This document shows, piece after piece, positions 38,909 to 52,491 of a stretch of DNA of 56,534 bases. The position numbers and the translations under genes are program-made. This stretch comes from Octopus bimaculoides (Eukaryota). Within the stretch, counting starts at the first letter, position 1. Each line of letters opens with the position of its first letter. The notes beneath the pieces were generated by a model, which did no database searches, was not told the DNA's origin, and saw only the letters and a list, made by a program, of their open reading frames with translations. Where the stretch lies: contig NC_069010.1 of the NCBI RefSeq assembly GCF_001194135.2, forward strand, positions 414,388 through 470,921. The letters run 5' to 3'.

Positions 38909-39994
38909 CTGTTATATAAACAGATCATAAACAACATGGCACAGAACAGTTTACTCATTCGACATTAAATTTAGAGCCTTAAAATTCGAGGACAAAATGA
39001 AGGCTATGAAAAAGAAGTGTTATGAAAATAATGAGAAGAGGTGGAGGAAGAGGTGGCGGAGGAGGTAGAAGGTGGGGAGAAGAGAAGTGGGAGTAGGAGC
39101 AGGAGGGCAAGAAATAGGGATTGAGAGTAAGGGAGGCGCAGGTGGAATAGTGAAAAACTGAGAGGAATAACGGAGGTTTTCAAGGAAAATAAAACATAGA
39201 TCGTATAGATCTATAGACGTGGAAGTAGAATACAATGTAACGAAAATGACGCGTGGCAAATGGAAAATGCAGTTGAAAAATTTCAAAAGAGTAGAGGAAA
39301 CAGATCATGAACATGAAAATATAGCGCAAAGTTGTGATGAAGACGAAAGATGGAGGAACAAAATACACAGCATAAGGACGACGAGAAAAGTAACGACAAA
39401 AATCAGAATGAGGAAAAGAGGGAGAAGATAATAAATATGAATATAAATATTATAGGTACGCATACACATATGTGAACATATACACAAAGAATTTGGACAT
39501 ACCTTCACAGACACACATTCAAATACACTGAAATGTATTCACACAAAAATTGAGAGAGAATATGAATCTGAGAAGAATAATGTAGGAAGAAAAGCAAGAC
39601 GTGAAAACAATAAGCATTCCGAATTATCCCTGGAAGATATTGATGATGCTATAATGATGAAGACGTCTGTGGCATAAACGAGTGTTGAGAAGGAATTCTA
39701 TTTCAGATACATATTTCAGATACATTCTATTTCAGATACATATTATAGCTTCTTAATATTGAGGCTTGAGAACTGAATTAGGGGTAGAAATAAAAAGAGT
39801 TTTGGGACTTTCAACTCGCGAATATTCTACATATAATTGTCCATGAGAGAAGCTAGGAGAAGGAAAGTTTAAGTCTATCAACCTTGAGAGATTGTCGTTG
39901 AGATTTATTTATTGACATAGGAAAACTTAGTTTCACTGAGAACTGGAGCGGTTTAAATTGAAAGGGGTGGTGAGATGGGATTAAAGGGAATGAA

Positions 39995-40400
39995 GACATC
40001 TTCACCGTAATATTTCCCAGTGATAATTGCTGCTTCTAGTTGCATCGCTTTCACCACCAGTCTGGTGACATTGCACAGGCGATTTGGATCCAGATTCGTG
40101 AGCAGCATATTTGGGAGACCCCTTTTTAAGTCTTAAGTTGTGTGGAGGCATTCCAGATGGCTGCAGAGAGTTCAGGAACTCAGTTGAAAAAGCTACAGCT
40201 TGGTCCTGATCAGTGACAGTGTCGATAGATTTGAAAGAGTGTTTTTTTCCTGGAAGCAGCTGCAAGAGATTCCAATTGATTTTATCGACAGCATCATTAT
40301 GTGGGGCGAAGATGGTTCGCTCACATAGCCAATGACTGTTGCTAAAGTTTTTTGCAATGTTTAAAAACATGCATTTTGAGATCATTGACAGTTGGTATCA
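39995..40400 (-). mobile_element. Helitron PIF1-like helicase fragment
   Basis: ERTIFAPHNDAVDKIN...SIDTV...EFLNSLQPSGMPPHNLRLKKG, then in a shifted frame LCNVTRLVV, characteristic of Helitron helicases. Confidence 0.8.
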
Positions 40401-43400
40401 CCTCAATATAGGATAGCTTGTTTTGCTGTTGCATTTCTCTATATAAATGATAGAAAGTGTGTATCAAATGGATTTAAAATCCTGATTCAGTGACAGACTG
40501 ATCATGTTAGTAAAGTTTTAACGTTTTTGGTAAAAACATATTCTCTTTTGTAATTCCATATTGAAAAAGAAAGTGCTACCCTGAAATTAAGTTCGCTTGA
40601 CTGGTGTATGTAGGGTGCATGGCATCGCCTGTGACCCTTTCCAATGTCTAATATTTACATTTATGACCTTTAGACTTTTATGCAGGAGGTATTCTTTCGT
40701 TACAAACAAAATAATTGTCAATCTCGATCATATGGGATTATATGATTGTTCGTGAATTTCCGTAATTTTATTTATTTCTTTACTCTCTTTGATAAGCGAC
40801 ATTTGCTTTGATGTGAGAGCAGAAAGTGAGAGGAGAAAGTGAAAGTTGTTCGTACGTCTATATGAAATGTAAGTGTGTGCGCCTGTGTGAGTGAGAGTGA
40901 GTCAAGGTGTATGTCGTCATATATATTTTTTGCATGTCTGTGTAAGTGGCACTCTCTCTCTCAGACACGCACGTCTTTCATATACACATTCACGCATACA
41001 TCTTTTTGTATGGGCGTGTGTGAGAGGGAGAGAAAGTGAATCAGTGAAAGTGTGTGTTGTCAAGCATATGTAAGTGGCGCACACACTACCTCTCATATAT
41101 ACATACATACAAAAATGCATATGCATATATCATTTTCGTCTGTCTGTGTAAGAGAGAGTGAGAGTGAATGAAGATGTGTGTTGTCATGTATGTATTTTTT
41201 TACATATATGCATAAGTGGCCTTCACTGTTTGTTACACACTCAAGCACACATTATCTTTCATATACACGTACATGCATAAATACATATGCATACATATTT
41301 TTATATGTGTACGTGTGCGTGAGAGACAGATAGAGAGACTGAGTGCCACTTACTCATATATAACACGCTTTCACTCACTCTCTCATACACACATACACTT
41401 TCTTGTCTCTTTCTTCTCTCTTTCAATTTCTACCCTCGAGGTAACGAATAAATACCATAGAGGGTAATAGGAGGCTTAAGGGGGATGGTCGGAAGAGAGT
41501 AAGGGGTAGGCTGGAAAGTTATGGAGAGAGGTTTCTCAGTCCCGTTCCCCTTTACCCGGTGGTATAATTGAGAAGGGTATAGGGAAGGGTATAGAACGGG
41601 GCCGCAGCCTCCCTCACTCTGGGAGGGGAGGAGTTTCCCTCCTTTGCTAGCTAGTATGTAATGTTAGTTATCAGCATACAATATTTCTTAATTTTTATCC
41701 AAGTATACTTACTCACAACTGATTTAAAATAGAAATATCCAGTGCTAATAAGTCAAGTTGCACCAAGAATATTTAAAGTAGGTAATGTAAGTTATCAGCA
41801 TATAATATTTTTCAAAACATATCCCAGAATAAATACTCACATCAGATTTAAACGTGAAATATTAAGTGTTAATAAGGCGAGTTGTTTCAAAAATATCCAA
41901 GTGGAAATAGTCACCTCGGATTTAAATATGAAATATCGAGTGTACTCTAGCTAATTCTATTAGTTCCACTCCACGAACAATTATTTGAATGATTCATGTC
42001 GATATTTCTAACTTATGTCACGGAAATATTGAACTTTGAAATTTATTTAGTATATCGTATAAATTGAAAGATATCCTACAGTGTATATTACCCAAATAAC
42101 GGAATGAGTGAACGACTTATATCAATGTAGAAAGGGTTTTCACCGGGCGTGCGTCCGTATGAAGCCTTTTCGTTAATTAGAAACGTTAATGCTTCTTTTT
42201 CTTCTGAAAATTACGTATGTTGTGTGTAACATCAAATTTCAAGTTTTACATAACAGTAATTCCAGTTCTTCACGGAGAACCTCTGCGACGGCAGGCGTTG
42301 CAGGGGCTTAGTACTGGCGCTGCTGTAGACACATTTATGGTTTAGGGTTTCAGTTAGGGTTAGTATTTAGCGAGTACGGTGTTATTGTAAATATTTACCA
42401 AATTTTTATCCAGTCACAATTATGTTTATCAGTAATCAACATTTGTGAGAACGTGTTGGTGTGAATGAGCAAGCAATAGGTTCATACACAGAAATTTTGT
42501 TTAGAAAAGTGCTTTTAGAAAAGTACATACCTTCCTGAAAATTCATTGGATTGATCCCAACGTTTATGGCAACAACATATTCTCTTTTCTAATTAAATAT
42601 TGAAAAAGAGAAAAAATTCTTTGGCAAATGAATTCTGGCGCCAAGAACTAAATCCCTTGTTTCAGTATCACAATTAAAAAGCGTTTATCTTTACTTTAAA
42701 AGAAGAAGTAGATTTGTATATTTATGACGGACAATTATTCAATATTGTGTTTGCTTCTATGAGAATCGTTTTCTTTTAAAGCGAAAAAGCAAAGCCTTCG
42801 CATACTACAGGTATGTAACAAATCTTTCTTTACTTTCTCTGTTCGTTTGCATGAGATGTAGAACTTGTGGTGCGTGCGCACACGCAGACAGAAATTTTCC
42901 AGACAGTTACCTGTTATTTTTAGCTGTTCATTTTGGAGTTCTTCATGGAAAATTTGAAAGAATTTTTTTTTTTCCGGATTTTGTCAGGTATATTAAAAAA
43001 CAAAATTGAAGAACAGTTAAAAATTTTAAATTTGAGGAGAGACGGTAATTGAAAATTTTGAAACCACAGTTTTTGCATATTGGGAATCTCCGACATTGAA
43101 AACAGGAATCGGCATAAGCTGTAGAAATTGTTGCGCACGCTCACACCCGAACGCGAGAAATTTCCAAACATTGATCTGTTATGTTTAGCAGTTCATGTTC
43201 AGTGTTAGACAACGGGTTGGGGCGGCGCACGGTGTGTGGATAGATTTTAAGTAGAAAAAATTACACGTGCTGTAAGCTGGTGACGTTTATAGAGAGAAAC
43301 GAATAGGTGATTATATTTATATATTCTACATTTACATGTATAGCTTCTATCAGATCAACGGTTCCCAAACCTTTTCGGGTTGTTGTCCCCTTGACAAGCA

Positions 43401-43826
43401 GGCCACATTCTTAACACACTCCTAGATAAGTAAATTAAAGTGAATGATGAAATTGGAAATGAATAGAAAACTTTGGAGGAAGAGAAATCAGAGGAGAACA
43501 AGAGGAGAAAGAAAATTCAAGACGGGAATGAAAAAGGAAGGAGGGGTAAAACATATGGATACGAATTATATAGTCAAATATGTATACACCGCCACTCACA
43601 AGCATATGAATATACATATTACACTTCTGTTTATAAATTTTCATGCCAACATATATGAAATTCGCGTTTTACACATCTTCATACACAATAGAAGCATTGT
43701 AACGTACATAAAGGGGCAGAATATGAGTAAGAGTGAGAGAAATCGAGAATTAAAGAGAAAGAAGAGGCTAAATGTATAGAAATATTACATTCATGAAATA
43801 GTATCAACAAAATTAAACGAACTTAC

Positions 43827-43898
43827 AGTTTTTGTAAACTGCGAAGACCCTCGAAGCTTCCTTTTTCAATGTGCGCAATATTGTTTTGTTGAAGATAT
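43827..43898 (-). CDS. LRR exon class B: YLQQNNIAHIEKGSFEGLRSLQK
   Basis: ttttctcctacag|72 nt|gtaagttc, open. Confidence 0.9.
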
Positions 43899-44352
43899 CT
43901 GTAGGAGAAAAGAAAGTGGGTAAGTGTTGATATCGAAAATATATGCAATAAGATATTAAATATTCTTTAAAATAGGAGAATGGATGAGAGGAAGGGTTGC
44001 AATAAATAAGGGAGAGGAGGAGAGAAAGAAGATGAAGAAAGAGAAAAAGAAGACGAAGAAGAAGAAAAAGCAGAAGAAATTGGGATGGAAGAGGAAAAAT
44101 AAGAGATGAAGCAGATAAATACGAAGAAGAAGAAGAAGATGGAGAAGGGAAAGAAGTTAAAATGGGCAAGAAGAATAAGAAAAGGAAACAGAAGAGAAGA
44201 AACAGAAGAAGTAGAAGGAGATCAGCGTACATATAGGGGCAGAATATGAGTAAGAGTGAGAGGAATCGAGAATTAAGGAGAAATAAGAGGCTATTAAATG
44301 TATAGAAATATTACATTCATGAAGTAGTATCAACAAAATTAAACGAACTTAC

Positions 44353-44424
44353 AAATCTTTTAAACTTGGAAGATCTCGGAAACTTCTTTTTTCTATATGC
44401 GAAATATTATTTTGCTGAAGATAT
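44353..44424 (-). CDS. LRR exon class B: YLQQNNISHIEKRSFRDLPSLKD
   Basis: ttttctcctatag|72 nt|gtaagttc, open. Confidence 0.9.
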
Positions 44425-46053
44425 CTATAGGAGAAAAGAAAGAGGGTATGTAATCATATACGAAATATTTGCAATGAGATATTTAAATAAGTATTTTATA
44501 AAACGGGGAGTAGATGAGAGGAGAGATTGTGATAAATAACTAGGAGAAGATGAAGAAGAATATGATGAAAAAGATGAAGTAGAAGTCGAAGAGGAAGGAG
44601 ATGTAAAAGAATAAAAATGAAGAATAAGTGAAAAAGATGAACATGAACATGAAGATGCAGAAGAAAAAGAAGAGGAAGAAAGAAAAGATGAAGTAGAAGT
44701 CCAAGAAGAGGAAGATGTAAAAGGAGAAGGAGATGAAGAATATGCAGAAGGAAAAGAAAAACGAGATGAACATGAAGATGCAGGAGAAAAAGAAGAGGAA
44801 GAATAAGAATAAGAAGAAGAAGTGGAAAAAAAGAAAAGCAGCAGCACAAAAAGAATTTCATGAGAAGGAAGGCAAAATAAGAGGAGGTAAAAATGATGAA
44901 GACGAAATAGAAGAGGAAGAAATAGAAATGAAGGACAACAGGAAGCACAAGAAAAGAAGACAAAGAAGAAACAGAAGATGAAGGACAAGAAGACGAAGAG
45001 AAAGAAGGTGAAGATGTAAACGAATTAAAAAGAAGAAATAAAAAGATAAATAAAACCAAAGACGAAGAGAGAAACAGAGTTATGAGAGGAGGAAGAGGAA
45101 GAGAGGAGGAAAAGTAGAAGAAGAAGAGAAAGAAGAAGGTGGGGCTATAATATGGAGAATAAGAAGTGGAAAAAGTAGACAAAGAAGAACACGAGAAATA
45201 AGCTGAAGAAGGAGAAGACGAAGAAGAAGAGGAAGCAGAAGCGGAAGAAAAAAAGATGAAGAGGAGGAAGTAAAGAAAAGAAGTGGTTGAAAAACAAAAG
45301 AAATTGCACGTGATATAAGCTGATGACGTTTACAAAGCGAAAGATATAGGCAACTATATTTATATAGTCCATTTGTATATCTATAGATTGTACCATATAA
45401 ATAAACTGAAGTGAATAATTAAGAAACTGGAGAAGAATAGAAGGATTTGGAGGAAGAGAAGATGGGAAAACAAAAGGAAAATAAAAATTCAAAACAGGAA
45501 TGATAAATGGAGGGGTAAAACATATATAATCAAATCTAAATACGCCGCCACTCACATAGATATGAATGTTTGCATATATATANNNNNNNNNNNNNNNNNN
45601 NNNNNNNNNNNNNNNNNNNNNNNNNNNNNNNNNNNNNNNNNNNNNNNNNNNNNNNNNNNNNNNNNNNNNNNNNNNNNNNNNNNNNNNNNNNNNNNNNNNN
45701 NNNNNNNNNNNNNNNNNNNNNNNNNNNNNNNNNNNNNNNNNNNNNNNNNNNNNNNNNNNNNNNNNNNNNNNNNNNNNNNNNNNNNNNNNNNNNNNNNNNN
45801 NNNNNNNNNNNNNNNNNNNNNNNNNNNNNNNNNNNNNNNNNNNNNNNNNNNNNNNNNNNNNNNNNNNNNNNNNNNNNNNNNNNNNNNNNNNNNNNNNNNN
45901 NNNNNNNNNNNNNNNNNNNNNNNNNNNNNNNNNNNNNNNNNNNNNNNNNNNNNNNNNNNNNNNNNNNNNNNNNNNNNNNNNNNNNNNNGAGGACATTAAA
46001 TGTATGCGAAAATTATTTTCATGAAGTAGTATTAAAAAATTAAACGAACTTAC

Positions 46054-46125
46054 AATTTCTCTAAGCTTGGTAGACCTCCAAAGATTCCTTTCTCAATATA
46101 CGAAATATTATTTTGCTGAAGATAT
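46054..46125 (-). CDS. LRR exon class B: YLQQNNISYIEKGIFGGLPSLEK
   Basis: ttttccgctatag|72 nt|gtaagttc, open. Confidence 0.9.
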
Positions 46126-47185
46126 CTATAGCGGAAAAAAAGTATTATAAATTTTGATATACAAATCATTTTCAATAAGATTTTAAATAAAGATTCTTTA
46201 AAAGGGGATAATGGATGACAGCAATGTTTGCGATAAATAAGGAAGAGGAAGAGGAGGAGAAGAAGAAGAAGAAGAAGAAGAAGAAGAAGAAGAAGAAGAA
46301 GAAGAAGAAGAAGAAGAAGAAGAAGAAAATAATATATAGATATAGGAGGCCAAGAAAAAGGTAAAGTTAAATAGGAGAAATGTGGAAGAAAAGTAGAAGA
46401 TGAAGACGATGAAGTAGAAAAAGAAGAGGTAAAAGAAGAAGAGGACGACAACAACAACAATAACAACAACCATAAGAAAAAGTAAGTGCACGTGCTGTAA
46501 GAGAGAAACGAATAGGTGGCTACTTATATATTCAACTTCTACATCTACAGATGGTATTATATCAGTGGTTCCGAAAGTTTCTCGAGCTGCTGCCCCCTTG
46601 ACAACCAGGCCACATTCCTCGTGCCCCCATCCCAACTAACCATCACAAACATAGACTTCTTTCCGAAACAAATTCAAAGCAGCCTTGTTTCATAAATATA
46701 ACTTAACCTAAAAAAATCTTGTTTTTAGATGAATCACCAGACGAATTATCAGGCCAATTTTTTCAAGAATCGCTACCCCATTATCACCCACTTTTCTTGA
46801 ACACCTTCTTGGAACATTCTACTGCCCCCAGGGGGAAATACCTCTCACTTTCGGAATAAATATATTAGATAAATATACGAAAGTGAATGAAGAAAATGGA
46901 GATGAAGAAATGAAGAAAGAAAAAAATGAAGATTGAAAAGAGGATGAGAAGACGGTAAAGAACAGGAGGAAGGCTAAGATTAAAGACGGGAATGAAAAAC
47001 GAAGGAGATGGTAAATCATATGATTTGAAAAATATAGTCAAATATAAACACGCCGCCACTCACATACATATGAGGGTACATATTACACTGTTATTGATAA
47101 GTTTTCATGAAGCATATATAAAATTCATGTTGTACGCACCCCATACACAATCAAAACAATATAACGTAAACATAGGATAGAATAT

Positions 47186-47566
47186 CGCGTGGTTCTCCGT
47201 CGGTTACGACGATAAGTTTTCCAGTTGATCTGATCAACGGAATAGCCTGCTCGTGAAATTAACGTGCAAGTGGCTGAGCACTCCACAGATACATGTGCCC
47301 TTACCTTAGTTCTCAAGGAGGTTCAGCGTGACACAGATTGTGACAAGGCTGACCATTTTAAATACAGATGCAACAGAAACAGGAAGAAAGAGTGAGAGAA
47401 AGTTGTGGTGCAAGAATGCAGCAGGGTTCACCACCACACCCTGCCAGAGCCTCGAGGAGCTTTAGGTGTTTTTACTTAAGAAACAATCACAACGCCCGAT
47501 TTGGGAATCGAAACCACGGTCCTACGACCGTGAGTCCATTGCCATAACCACTGGGCCATTGCGCCT
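47186..47566 (-). mobile_element. tRNA-derived SINE (second family)
   Basis: Minus strand ggcgcaatggcccagtggtt...ggtttcgattccc (A and B boxes), followed by a ~300-bp body. Confidence 0.75.
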
Positions 47567-47677
47567 CTACAGGACATAATATAAGAGTGGAANNNNNNNN
47601 NNNNNNNNNNNNNNNNNNNNNNNNNNNNNNNNNNNNNNNNNNNNNNNNNNNNNNNNNNNNNNNNNNNNNNNNNNNNN

Positions 47678-47749
47678 NNNNNNNNNNNNNNNNNNNNNNN
47701 NNNNNNNNNNNNNNNNNNNNNNNNNNNNNNNNNNNNNNNNNNNNGATGT
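47678..47749 (-). CDS. Probable class B LRR exon, mostly hidden in an N-gap
   Basis: Only 5 nt are visible (minus strand ACATC), directly after the class-B acceptor ttttctcctatag. The lower coordinate assumes 72 nt. Confidence 0.55.
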
Positions 47750-48976
47750 CTATAGGAGAAAAGTGTATATATAGTATAATGTATATATGATAAATGTATA
47801 TATAGAAAATATTTTCAATAAGATATTAAATATTCTTTAAAATAGGATAATGGATGAGAGGATGGTTTACTATAAATAAAAAGGAACTGAAGATGATGAA
47901 GAAGAAGGATAAGATGAGGAAAAAGAGAAAGGAGAGGAAGGACAAGATGAATTTGGGATGTCAAGGGAAAAATAAGAGAAGCAGGTAAAGAATAAGGGGA
48001 AGGAGATGAAGGAGAGGAGCAGGAAGTAAAAGAAATGAAGACAGAGAAGAAGCAACGGAAGAGGAAGAACAAGAAAACAAAGAGGAAGAAAATGAAGAAG
48101 CAAAAGAATTTAAAAAGAAGAATTATACCAAGAAAAAGAGGCAAAACGAAGTGTAGAACGGTGGGAGGAGAAGGAAAAGAGAGGAAGAAGAGGAGGAGGA
48201 GAAAGAAGAAAAAGAAGAAAAAGAAGAGGAGGGTAACGATGAAGCAAGAGATGAACAATAAGAAGTGGAAGAAGAAAATTAAGAAGAAAAAGAAGTAAAA
48301 GCAGAAAAAGATGTAGATGCAAGAACAAAAAAGTAAAAGAAGAAATACGTGGAAGAAAAGTAGAAGGAAAAGAAAAAAAATGATGAAGAAGAAGAAGAAG
48401 AGAGGAAGACGAAAAAGAGTATAAGTACAACAAAAAGACCAATAAGTAGAAGAAATTGCAGGTGTTGTAAGCTGGTCACGTTTACAGAGAGAAACGAATA
48501 AGTGATTATATTTATATATTCTACATTTACATGTATAGGTTGTATTAGATCAGGCCACATTTCTAACACATTCCTAGATAAATAAACTAAAGTGAATAAT
48601 GAAATTGGAAATGAATAGAAAAATCTGGAGGAAAACGGTGAAGAACAAGAGGAAAAAGAAAATTCAAGACGGGAATGAAAAACGAAGGAGGGGTAAAACA
48701 TATGGATATGAATTATATAGTGAAATATGTATATGCCGCTACTCACATACACAGAAATATGCATATTACACTTCTGTTTATAAATTTTTATACCAACATA
48801 TATAAAATCCCTGTTTTACGCATCTTCATACACAATAGAAGCATTGTAACGTACATATAGGGGCAGAATATGAGTAAGAGTGAGAGGAATCGAAAATTAA
48901 GAAGAAATAAGAGGCTATTAAATGTATAGAAATATTACATTCATGAAGTAGTATCAACAAAATTAAACGAACTTAC

Positions 48977-49048
48977 AATTTTTTTAAACTTGGAAGATCT
49001 CGGAAGCTTCTATTTTCTATATGCGAAATATTATTTTGCTGAAGATAT
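48977..49048 (-). CDS. LRR exon class B: YLQQNNISHIENRSFRDLPSLKK
   Basis: ttttctcctgtag|72 nt|gtaagttc, open. Confidence 0.9.
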
Positions 49049-49626
49049 CTACAGGAGAAAAGAAAGAGGGAAAGTGTTGATATATGAATTATTTGCAATA
49101 AGATATTAAATAAAGATTCTTTAAAATATGAGAATGGATGAGAGGAGGGATTGCGATAAATAAAGACAGGAAGAAGATACAAAAGATTATGAAGAAGAAA
49201 CAGATGAAGTATTAGTAGAAGGTGAAGAAGATGTTGATGATGAATTTAAAGTAAAAGTTCAGCAAGAAAAATGTGCAAGACAAACAGAAGTAGAAAGCAA
49301 ATATGATGAAGAAGAGAGTAGAAGAAAGAGGAAAAGAAAAACAGCAACAACAAGTCAAAGAAATTGCACGTGGTGTAAGGTGGTGATGTTTACAGATGGA
49401 AACCAGTAGGTGATTATATTTATATATTCCACCTCTACATCTATAGGTTGTATTAGTTAAAGAAGCTAAATTGAATGAAGAATTTGGATATGAATATAAA
49501 AATTTAGAGGAAGAGACACTAAAAACAATGGGAAAAAGTTCATGACAGGAATAAAAAACGAAATAAGTAGTAAAATATATGGATGCAAATTATATAGTCA
49601 AATATATATAAGCTGCCACTCACATA

Positions 49627-50895
49627 CAGGGTGGAGAAGCAAAAGTTGGAAAATAATAGATTATTCACCAAATTGTTTATATTACAACAATCAGCAACCT
49701 GAAATAAATGTAATTTTGACACAAGTATATAAAGAATTATTCTAGAGAATTAGTTTATTCAATATGTCTGTCTTCATTGTTCACCACAGCCGTCACACGC
49801 CGCCTGAAGGCGTTACAACTTTTCATGATGAAATACTCAGTCATGTTGTCCCAACCTGCCCTTAGGATTTGCTTAAAATGATCAAGTCTTGGATGCGAAG
49901 TTCTGTTGGCAGAGTGCTCCAATTTGCTCCATACGATAAAGTCCAGGGAGTTGAAGCCTGGACAGGAAGAAAGCTAGAGGTTGGCAGTCCAAAAGTCGGC
50001 GAAGTTTTCTTCGTAGACTTTCTGTACTTTCTTCGCCGTATGAGCAGGAGAACCATCTTAGGTCCACACATAATTTCCGTTGAGGTAGTTAGACTTCAGC
50101 CAAGGCAAATCCTTATGCCGCAGGACTTTTTAATAAACGTCATCCTCGCACATTCCTCCTCAGACTTGAAGAAATGGAGAGGCATCTGTGTTCCGTTAGA
50201 CGCCACGACTCCCAGTATAATGACATGAGCTGGAGGCGGGCGTGGTCCTAAAGATGCCCTTTCCTTCAGAAGATGACTTAGAAATGCATCGATCATTGCA
50301 ATGTTTTAAAACAGCAACAACGGTAAAGATAATTTCATCTGAAAGGATTTTGACGGTTTGTCCATTGTGCTTCAGGTATTGCAAAATGTTTTTGGCCCTT
50401 TCATGCATTTTAGCTTTTATTGCATGAGTCAATAGGTGTTTCGGGGTCCTCACGTATGACCCCAAATGGAAAGCAATGTGTACAACTCTTATGTCCATGG
50501 ACAGACTTCTTATAGGTGTCGTTGCGTCTTCCGAAATTTTTGCATTGAGATATTTAAGAAATGCATTATCCCGTTTTTTATTTGTTTCCACTTCTTTACT
50601 TCCTCTTGATGCCTCCAATATCCAGCATTCAGTTCTTAATGTTGACGAAAGTGCTCACAGAAGCCCAACAATCTTAGCAATGCGTCTAATTGCAACCCCA
50701 ACATGAAACAAATCTGATATGCGTTGCCTCTTGGCTTCCTAAGTGGACATATTAGATTGTATGGCTGGAGCTTTTGCTTAAATTAACTCTATATACCTCC
50801 ACCCTGAAATAGAAAACAATATTTTAGTATTTACGCTCAAGAATATATGAAAAATAAGGCATACAAAATATTCCAAGATTTGCTTCCCCACCCTG
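49627..50895 (-). mobile_element. Degenerate Tc1/mariner-superfamily DD37D (maT-like) transposon
   Basis: TIRs cagggtggagaagcaaaa and tttgcttccccaccctg with a TA target duplication. Frames read VIILGVVASNG and NYVWT*DGSPAH...FNSLD, with 37 residues between the last two Asp. Confidence 0.85.
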
Positions 50896-51121
50896 TACAT
50901 ATGAATATATATATTGCTCTTCTATTGATAAGTTTTCAGGAAAATATATATATAATCCTTATTGTAGGCATTCTCATACGCCATCACAGCAATATAGCGT
51001 AAATGTAGAGAAAGAATATAAGTAAGGGTGAAACCAATAAAGTAAAGAGAAAGGATAGGACATTACATGTATAGAAATATTACATTCATCAAGTAGAGTC
51101 AGCAAAATTAAACAAACTTAC

Positions 51122-51193
51122 AATTCCTCCAAACTTGGTAGACCTTGGAAAATTCCTCTTTCAATATGGTAAATATTATTTTGCTGAAGATAT
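51122..51193 (-). CDS. LRR exon class B: YLQQNNIYHIERGIFQGLPSLEE
   Basis: ttttctcctatag|72 nt|gtaagttt, open. Confidence 0.9.
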
Positions 51194-52087
51194 CTATAGG
51201 AGAAAAGAAAGAAGATAAGTTTTGATATAGAATATATTTGTCATGCGATATTAAATGAAGATTCTTTAAAATAGAATATTGCATGAGAAATGATTGCGAT
51301 AAATATGGAGGAGGAGAAGAAGAAGAAGAAGAAGAAGAAGAAGAAGAATTTGGTGTGAAAGAGGGGAAATAATGGAGGAAACTGGTAAAGCTGATGTAGT
51401 TGAAGAAGTAGAAGATGAAGAATAGGCAGAAGAAAAGGAAGGACAAGAAGACAAAAAGGAAAGACAGAGAAGAAGAAACAGAAGACAGAAGAGAAGAAAA
51501 AGAAAAGAACGAAGATGAAGAAGCAAAACAATTAAAAATAAGAAATAAAAAGAAGAATAAATTCAAGAAGTGACAAAAGGTGACGCAGAGCGGTGGGAGG
51601 AGGAGCAGGCAGTGAGGAAGAAAAAGAAGAATAATAAGAAGGATAAAAAGAAGAGGAAGGGAAAGAAGAAAAAGAAGAAGATGACGCAAGAGATGATCAA
51701 TAAGAAGTAGAAGAAGATAAAGAAGAAGAAAAAGAGGAAGAAGAAGAAGAAGATGAAGAAGAAGATTAAGCGAAAGAAAGGAAAGAGAGGAAACAAGAAA
51801 ACAAGGAACACTATGTAAAAGAAGTCAAAGAGAAAGATCAGCAACAATAGCAACAACAACAACAACGAGAAAAAGTACAAGGACAAGAACACCAAGAACA
51901 AGAAGAACACAGCGACAAGCACGATAAGAACAACAGCAAGCATCATTTCAAAAGAATAAGAATGAAGATACAAAGAAATACAAAAAGAAAAAGAAAAACA
52001 CACGGAGAACAAAAACAGGAGGAAGAAGAAAAGAAAGAAGAAGAAGGAGAAGAAAATGAAGGAGGAGAAGAAGAAGAAGAAGAAGAA

Positions 52088-52133
<46 letters not shown>

Positions 52134-52491
52134 GAGGAGGAGGAGGGGGATGAGGAGAAGGAGAGGAAGGAGGAAGATAAGAAGAAGAAGATGAAGAAGA
52201 AGAAGAAGAAGAAGAAGAAGAAGAAGAAGAAGAAGAAGAAGAAGAAGAAGAAGAATAGAAGAAGGAGAATAGAAGAAGGAGAATAGAAGAAGAATAGAAG
52301 AAGGAATTGAAAAAGCACACGAATGAATAAAAAGAAAAAAAGTAGAAATAGAGAATTTAGAAAAAGACGAAGAAATACAAGAAGGAAGGAGGTAGAAGAA
52401 GCGGAGGACGAGAGAAGAAGTGTATGAGTGGGAGGAGGAAAGAAGAAGGGGCATGAGTGGTATAAGTAATAACAAAATTACGCGAGCTTAC

